A stretch of 30,360 nucleotides of DNA from a virus (taxonomy: Duplodnaviria; Caudoviricetes). This document shows, piece by piece, positions 27,828 through 30,360 of the stretch (positions are counted from its first letter, which is position 1; the number at the start of each line of letters is the position of its first letter). Under the pieces are notes generated by a model that worked only from the letters and a program-made list of their open reading frames with translations, did not search any database and was not told the origin of the DNA. Location: positions 1 through 30,360 of IMG/VR virus record IMGVR_UViG_3300032237_000074. One strand, 5' to 3'. Made by a program: the position numbers and the translations under genes.

Positions 27828-28185
27828 GGCGAATTCGCAATTCGTTCAAGCGTTCACGAATGTGGCTAGGCATGGGTGCGGCTTTTTTGTCATCTTCATA
27901 AATCTTTTGCAGCGCTAAATCCACCCGTTTTTTGTCAGGCATATCAGGCACTTCAGCCCCGTCCCAGCGTTGTTGGTTAAGGTAGACAAGAGGCGCGGGA
28001 ATAAATGCGCCATCTGATTTAAGCCATTGTTCGGTGGTCTTCATCCATTCAATGTGCTTGATGATTTGGTCGGCCTGAGTCTCGCAGTAAAACTTGACCC
28101 ATTTTTTTTTACATTCAGACTTTGCGCCCTTGCGCGGAGTCTTTGGGTAAGCAGTCCAAAACTTATCGAATCCTGATTCAAACAT
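27820..28185 (-). CDS. Replication-initiator-like protein, C-terminal domain only
   Basis: FDKFW.AYPK..RK..K....KKW...FIPAP..YLNQQRW, as in C-termini of phage replisome organizers; AAGGAG RBS. Confidence 0.7.
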   Translation of the reverse strand: MFESGFDKFWTAYPKTPRKGAKSECKKKWVKFYCETQADQIIKHIEWMKTTEQWLKSDGAFIPAPLVYLNQQRWDGAEVPDMPDKKRVDLALQKIYEDDKKAAPMPSHIRERLNELRIRRV

Positions 28186-28199
28186 CTGCTATCTCCTTA

Positions 28200-28425
28200 A
28201 TTGCTTTTTGGTGAATGTTGGAGCAAAGCACAGCCTTACCGTGGTCAAAACCAAAGTTCGCTCTGTGCCGTGACTTGCTTTTCGGAGCCATGTCATCGCA
28301 TCGCACTGGACAGACTATTTCAACCACCGCGCTCTATCCTTAGCCCACGCTCCCTGTCTTGGCTTGCTCGTGCAACAGGGTATCTCAGACGCAACCACCG
28401 ACGTACCGCATTGCGTTGTCCAAAA
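28200..28425 (-). ncRNA. Candidate multibranch structured RNA (or hairpin-rich origin)
   Basis: Stems tggaca/tgtcca, acgcaa/ttgcgt, ccctgt/acaggg, tgac..gct/agc..gtca, gcacag/ctgtgc; no convincing ORF; by-eye folding only. Confidence 0.4.
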
Positions 28426-28427
28426 GC

Positions 28428-28546
28428 AAAAACCCCGCAAGATGCTCTGTGGTCTTGGCTCTTGGCGAGAGCAACAGCAAGGCGATTGAAGCAACTCAAA
28501 AGTCTCGCTTGCCGTACGACAAGACCACACAGTACCCTGCGGGGTT
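28428..28546 (-). ncRNA. c4/CI-like antisense RNA (three-way junction)
   Basis: Closing stems 28431-28439/28538-28546 and 28448-28457/28520-28529; two inner hairpins complementary to upstream sites at 28552-28580; U-run at the 3' end. Confidence 0.7.
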
Positions 28547-28589
28547 CATTGGTTGCTTCATCGCCTAGATGCCACTCTAGACGGGTTGG

Positions 28590-28619
28590 ATTATACATAA
28601 ATTTAAGTCATTGTGTAAA
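28590..28619 (-). promoter_or_regulatory. Sigma70-type promoter for the ncRNA/replication operon
   Basis: Minus TTTACA(28619-28614)-18 nt-TATAAT(28595-28590). Confidence 0.7.
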
Positions 28620-28703
28620 ACAGGTACAAAAGAAATGCCCATGCCCACCAAGGCGCGTGCCCAAAGATGCAAGCTACAAGCACCAAACAAAAGAAAAACA
28701 GTC

Positions 28704-28856
28704 TTAAAGAAACCATTCGGGCCTCATAGCTTTTAGCTGCCACAGCCTGGCTTTGGGGATTGCTTTCCATTGGGAAATTGCTGCGCTGCTGATGCCTAGA
28801 ATTCGGGCCAGTTCGCTGGCTGTGCCTGCACGTTTGATTGCTTCTGCTTTGTCCAT
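28704..28856 (-). CDS. cro: Cro-like HTH regulator, 50 aa
   Basis: Manual translation MDKAEAIKRAGTASELARILGISSAAISQWKAIPKARLWQLKAMRPEWFL; HTH ending SQW...IP; not in ORF track. Confidence 0.88.
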   Translation of the reverse strand: MDKAEAIKRAGTASELARILGISSAAISQWKAIPKARLWQLKAMRPEWFL

Positions 28857-28865
28857 CCTTTGATT

Positions 28866-28956
28866 GTAAGCTGGCTTACGATGATTTGGCTATTAGGGTT
28901 TGCCCTATAGCATTTCGCAACTTTAATTGATGAATTGCTGTTAATCTAGCTTAACA
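28866..28956. promoter_or_regulatory. Divergent control region with two related operator palindromes
   Basis: gtaagc-tg-gcttac (28866-28879) and tgttaatctagcttaaca (28939-28956) share TAA.CT.GCTTA; tagggtttgcccta lies between them. Confidence 0.7.
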
Positions 28957-29002
28957 TTCAGTCATCGCAACAACGCGATGTTTTGACCCTAGAAAGGTTT
29001 TT

Positions 29003-29257
29003 ATGACTTATAAAAAATTTGATTCAACTTTAATCACAGCCATTTATTTGGCAGAACAAGCTGAAAATGAGAAGGCAGCAGAGTACTCAATCAGCATAGC
29101 CGCCGAGTTGCGCCGCTTGCATAAATTGAATGGTGAGCTGTTGGAAGCATTGAAAGTGTGCCAACGCGCACTTCGCCAGTTGTCATTTAAAGATGTCGTT
29201 AGAAATCAGGCGACTGAGCGCGCATTTGAAGTTATTGCAAAAGCAGAAGGAAATTAA
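29003..29257 (+). CDS. Hypothetical early protein
   Basis: AAELRRLH...ELLEALK...IAKAEG motifs common in phage early genes. Confidence 0.75.
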   Translation: MTYKKFDSTLITAIYLAEQAENEKAAEYSISIAAELRRLHKLNGELLEALKVCQRALRQLSFKDVVRNQATERAFEVIAKAEGN

Positions 29258-29259
29258 AC

Positions 29260-29352
29260 ATGACTAAAGAAACATGGGATTCCATCATCACAACGGCAGC
29301 CATTGCCATCATTGCCTACACCATCGGCTACTTTGTCGGAGGTGGCGTATGA
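29260..29352 (+). CDS. 30-aa single-pass membrane peptide
   Basis: MTKETWDSIITTAAIAIIAYTIGYFVGGGV; AAGGA RBS; ATGA overlap; not in ORF track. Confidence 0.65.
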   Translation: MTKETWDSIITTAAIAIIAYTIGYFVGGGV

Positions 29353-29543
29353 ATGAAACTCAATTCACATACGAAGGTGCGGTCTTTGACATTGAATATG
29401 ACATCAACCGCCTGGATGAGCCTGCCGAAACATGGACAAGCATTTGGTCTATTAAGCACCAAGGCGTTGAATTTATCGATATTTTGAGCAAAGACTTGCT
29501 GAAGTGGATTGAAGAACAACTCAACAAAACGCTGGAGGACTAA
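29349..29543 (+). CDS. Hypothetical acidic early protein
   Basis: Start at MNETQF with GGAGG RBS. Confidence 0.7.
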   Translation: MNETQFTYEGAVFDIEYDINRLDEPAETWTSIWSIKHQGVEFIDILSKDLLKWIEEQLNKTLED

Positions 29544-29729
29544 ATGGCTATTCATTCTTTTATGGAAGTTGAATGGGATTTAAAAGACAACGGCGAATAT
29601 GCCAAGTTGTTGGTTGGCTATGAACGTAACAAAGACACTTTGACTGTTTTTTCAGTTATGCAAGACGGATTAGAGTGGATTGACTACCTTAACGGCCGCA
29701 CTCGCGCTTACCTTATCAAATACATCTAA
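29544..29729 (+). CDS. Hypothetical early protein
   Basis: GGAGG RBS; resembles the preceding gene. Confidence 0.7.
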   Translation: MAIHSFMEVEWDLKDNGEYAKLLVGYERNKDTLTVFSVMQDGLEWIDYLNGRTRAYLIKYI

Positions 29730-29743
29730 GAAAGGCTTTACAA

Positions 29744-29953
29744 ATGAACGCAGCTACCCGTGCAGCCATCATCATTATCCAATGCGATGAAGCGGCCATA
29801 AATTACAGCGCTGACCCCAATGACCGCTTGGCTTACGAAGTTGGATGCTTACGCGCTCAGATTCGTGAATTGTGTGCTGAAGCTGAATTTGCAAAAGACG
29901 AACTCAAACAAGTCCAGGCCGAACTGATGTGGGAACAAAAACATGGTCACTAG
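29744..29953 (+). CDS. Hypothetical helical early protein
   Basis: 69 aa; operon context. Confidence 0.7.
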   Translation: MNAATRAAIIIIQCDEAAINYSADPNDRLAYEVGCLRAQIRELCAEAEFAKDELKQVQAELMWEQKHGH

Positions 29954-30122
29954 CAATAACGCCGATGAAATCATTGCCGACTGCAAAACCAAGCTAGACC
30001 CCGCGGGTTGTTTAGAAATTTATGTCCGTTACTTGTGTGACCAATTGGAGTTAAAAGATGAACGAATCAGATTCAGAGACGAACAAATTAAGTGGCTCCA
30101 CGCTCAATTCCCCAAAGCGTGA
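29943..30122 (+). CDS. Hypothetical early protein, 59 aa
   Basis: Manual translation MVTSNNADEIIADCKTKLDPAGCLEIYVRYLCDQLELKDERIRFRDEQIKWLHAQFPKA; not in ORF track. Confidence 0.6.
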   Translation: MVTSNNADEIIADCKTKLDPAGCLEIYVRYLCDQLELKDERIRFRDEQIKWLHAQFPKA

Positions 30123-30249
30123 AGACTACGAATGCCCTGAGTGTGGGCGTGACTGTGGCGACTTAACCCGCCACGCTTTTGACGATGTGACTGTGCTTTG
30201 GTACTTCACTTGTGAACATTGTGGAATTGATTTTGGAGGTGACCTATGA
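30058..30249 (+). CDS. Zinc-finger protein
   Basis: CPECG...CEHCG; ATGA overlap with erf; start uncertain. Confidence 0.6.
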   Translation: MNESDSETNKLSGSTLNSPKREDYECPECGRDCGDLTRHAFDDVTVLWYFTCEHCGIDFGGDL

Positions 30250-30360
30250 AAGTTTACAAAGCAATCAACAACGTCCAGGCTGACTTGTCTGTGCTTGGCA
30301 TTACGAAAGACCGCCGCAATATGCAAGGCAGCGGCTACAACTTTCGGGGCATTGATGATG
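30246..30360 (+). CDS. erf: ERF-family single-strand annealing protein (partial)
   Basis: MKVYKAINNVQADL...ITKDRRN....YNFRGIDD; GGAGG RBS. Confidence 0.8.
   Translation, partial: MKVYKAINNVQADLSVLGITKDRRNMQGSGYNFRGIDD

Larger units (their letters stand above)
1..30360. mobile_element. Tailed dsDNA phage or prophage segment with P22-like head/tail module
   Basis: Gene order TerS-TerL-portal-scaffold-coat-gp4-gp10-ejection proteins; cro, ninB and erf-like genes; no host housekeeping genes; no integrase or att site in window. Confidence 0.97.

Noticed and set aside
28428-28546. Possible tRNA
   Set aside because: No T-loop or D-loop consensus and no anticodon arm; fits a c4-like RNA better.
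28201-28707. ORFs across the non-coding leader (28201-28707+, 28315-28530-, 28320-28598-, 28359-28568+)
   Set aside because: Arg/Cys/Ser-rich, unprotein-like, no RBS; the 28598 ATG abuts the -10 box. RNA structure explains the region better, although a short leader peptide is not excluded.
29274-29348. MGFHHHNGSHCHHCLHH His-rich N-terminus in the ORF track
   Set aside because: Off-frame reading of the 30-aa membrane peptide gene; the likely start is 29349 with GGAGG.
1-30360. Alternative genetic code or stop-codon recoding
   Set aside because: All core genes are intact and tightly coupled under the standard bacterial code.

Overview
About 30 kb of a tailed dsDNA phage with a P22-like (podovirus) virion module. 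A proteobacterial, possibly Burkholderiales, host is inferred, not shown. The minus strand, read right to left, carries: a Cro-like regulator; a ~400-bp structured non-coding leader; a short replication-initiator-like protein; a C5 DNA methyltransferase with a nested out-of-frame gene; nuclease and NinB genes; small basic proteins and a GroES-like co-chaperonin; TerS, TerL, portal, scaffold and coat; decoration and tail-fibre genes; gp4- and gp10-like tail proteins; three ejection-like proteins; a minimal tail-collar protein; and the start of a lysis-like membrane-protein cluster. The plus strand from 29003 holds a divergent early operon of small genes ending in an ERF-like recombinase, with no cI. 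The main candidates for follow-up are the c4-like antisense RNA plus a second multibranch RNA upstream of a Rep lacking an obvious DNA-binding domain, the overprinted MTase subunit, and a ~65-aa module inserted in both tail adaptor and tail hub. All assignments come from motif recognition and synteny; no database searches were run.
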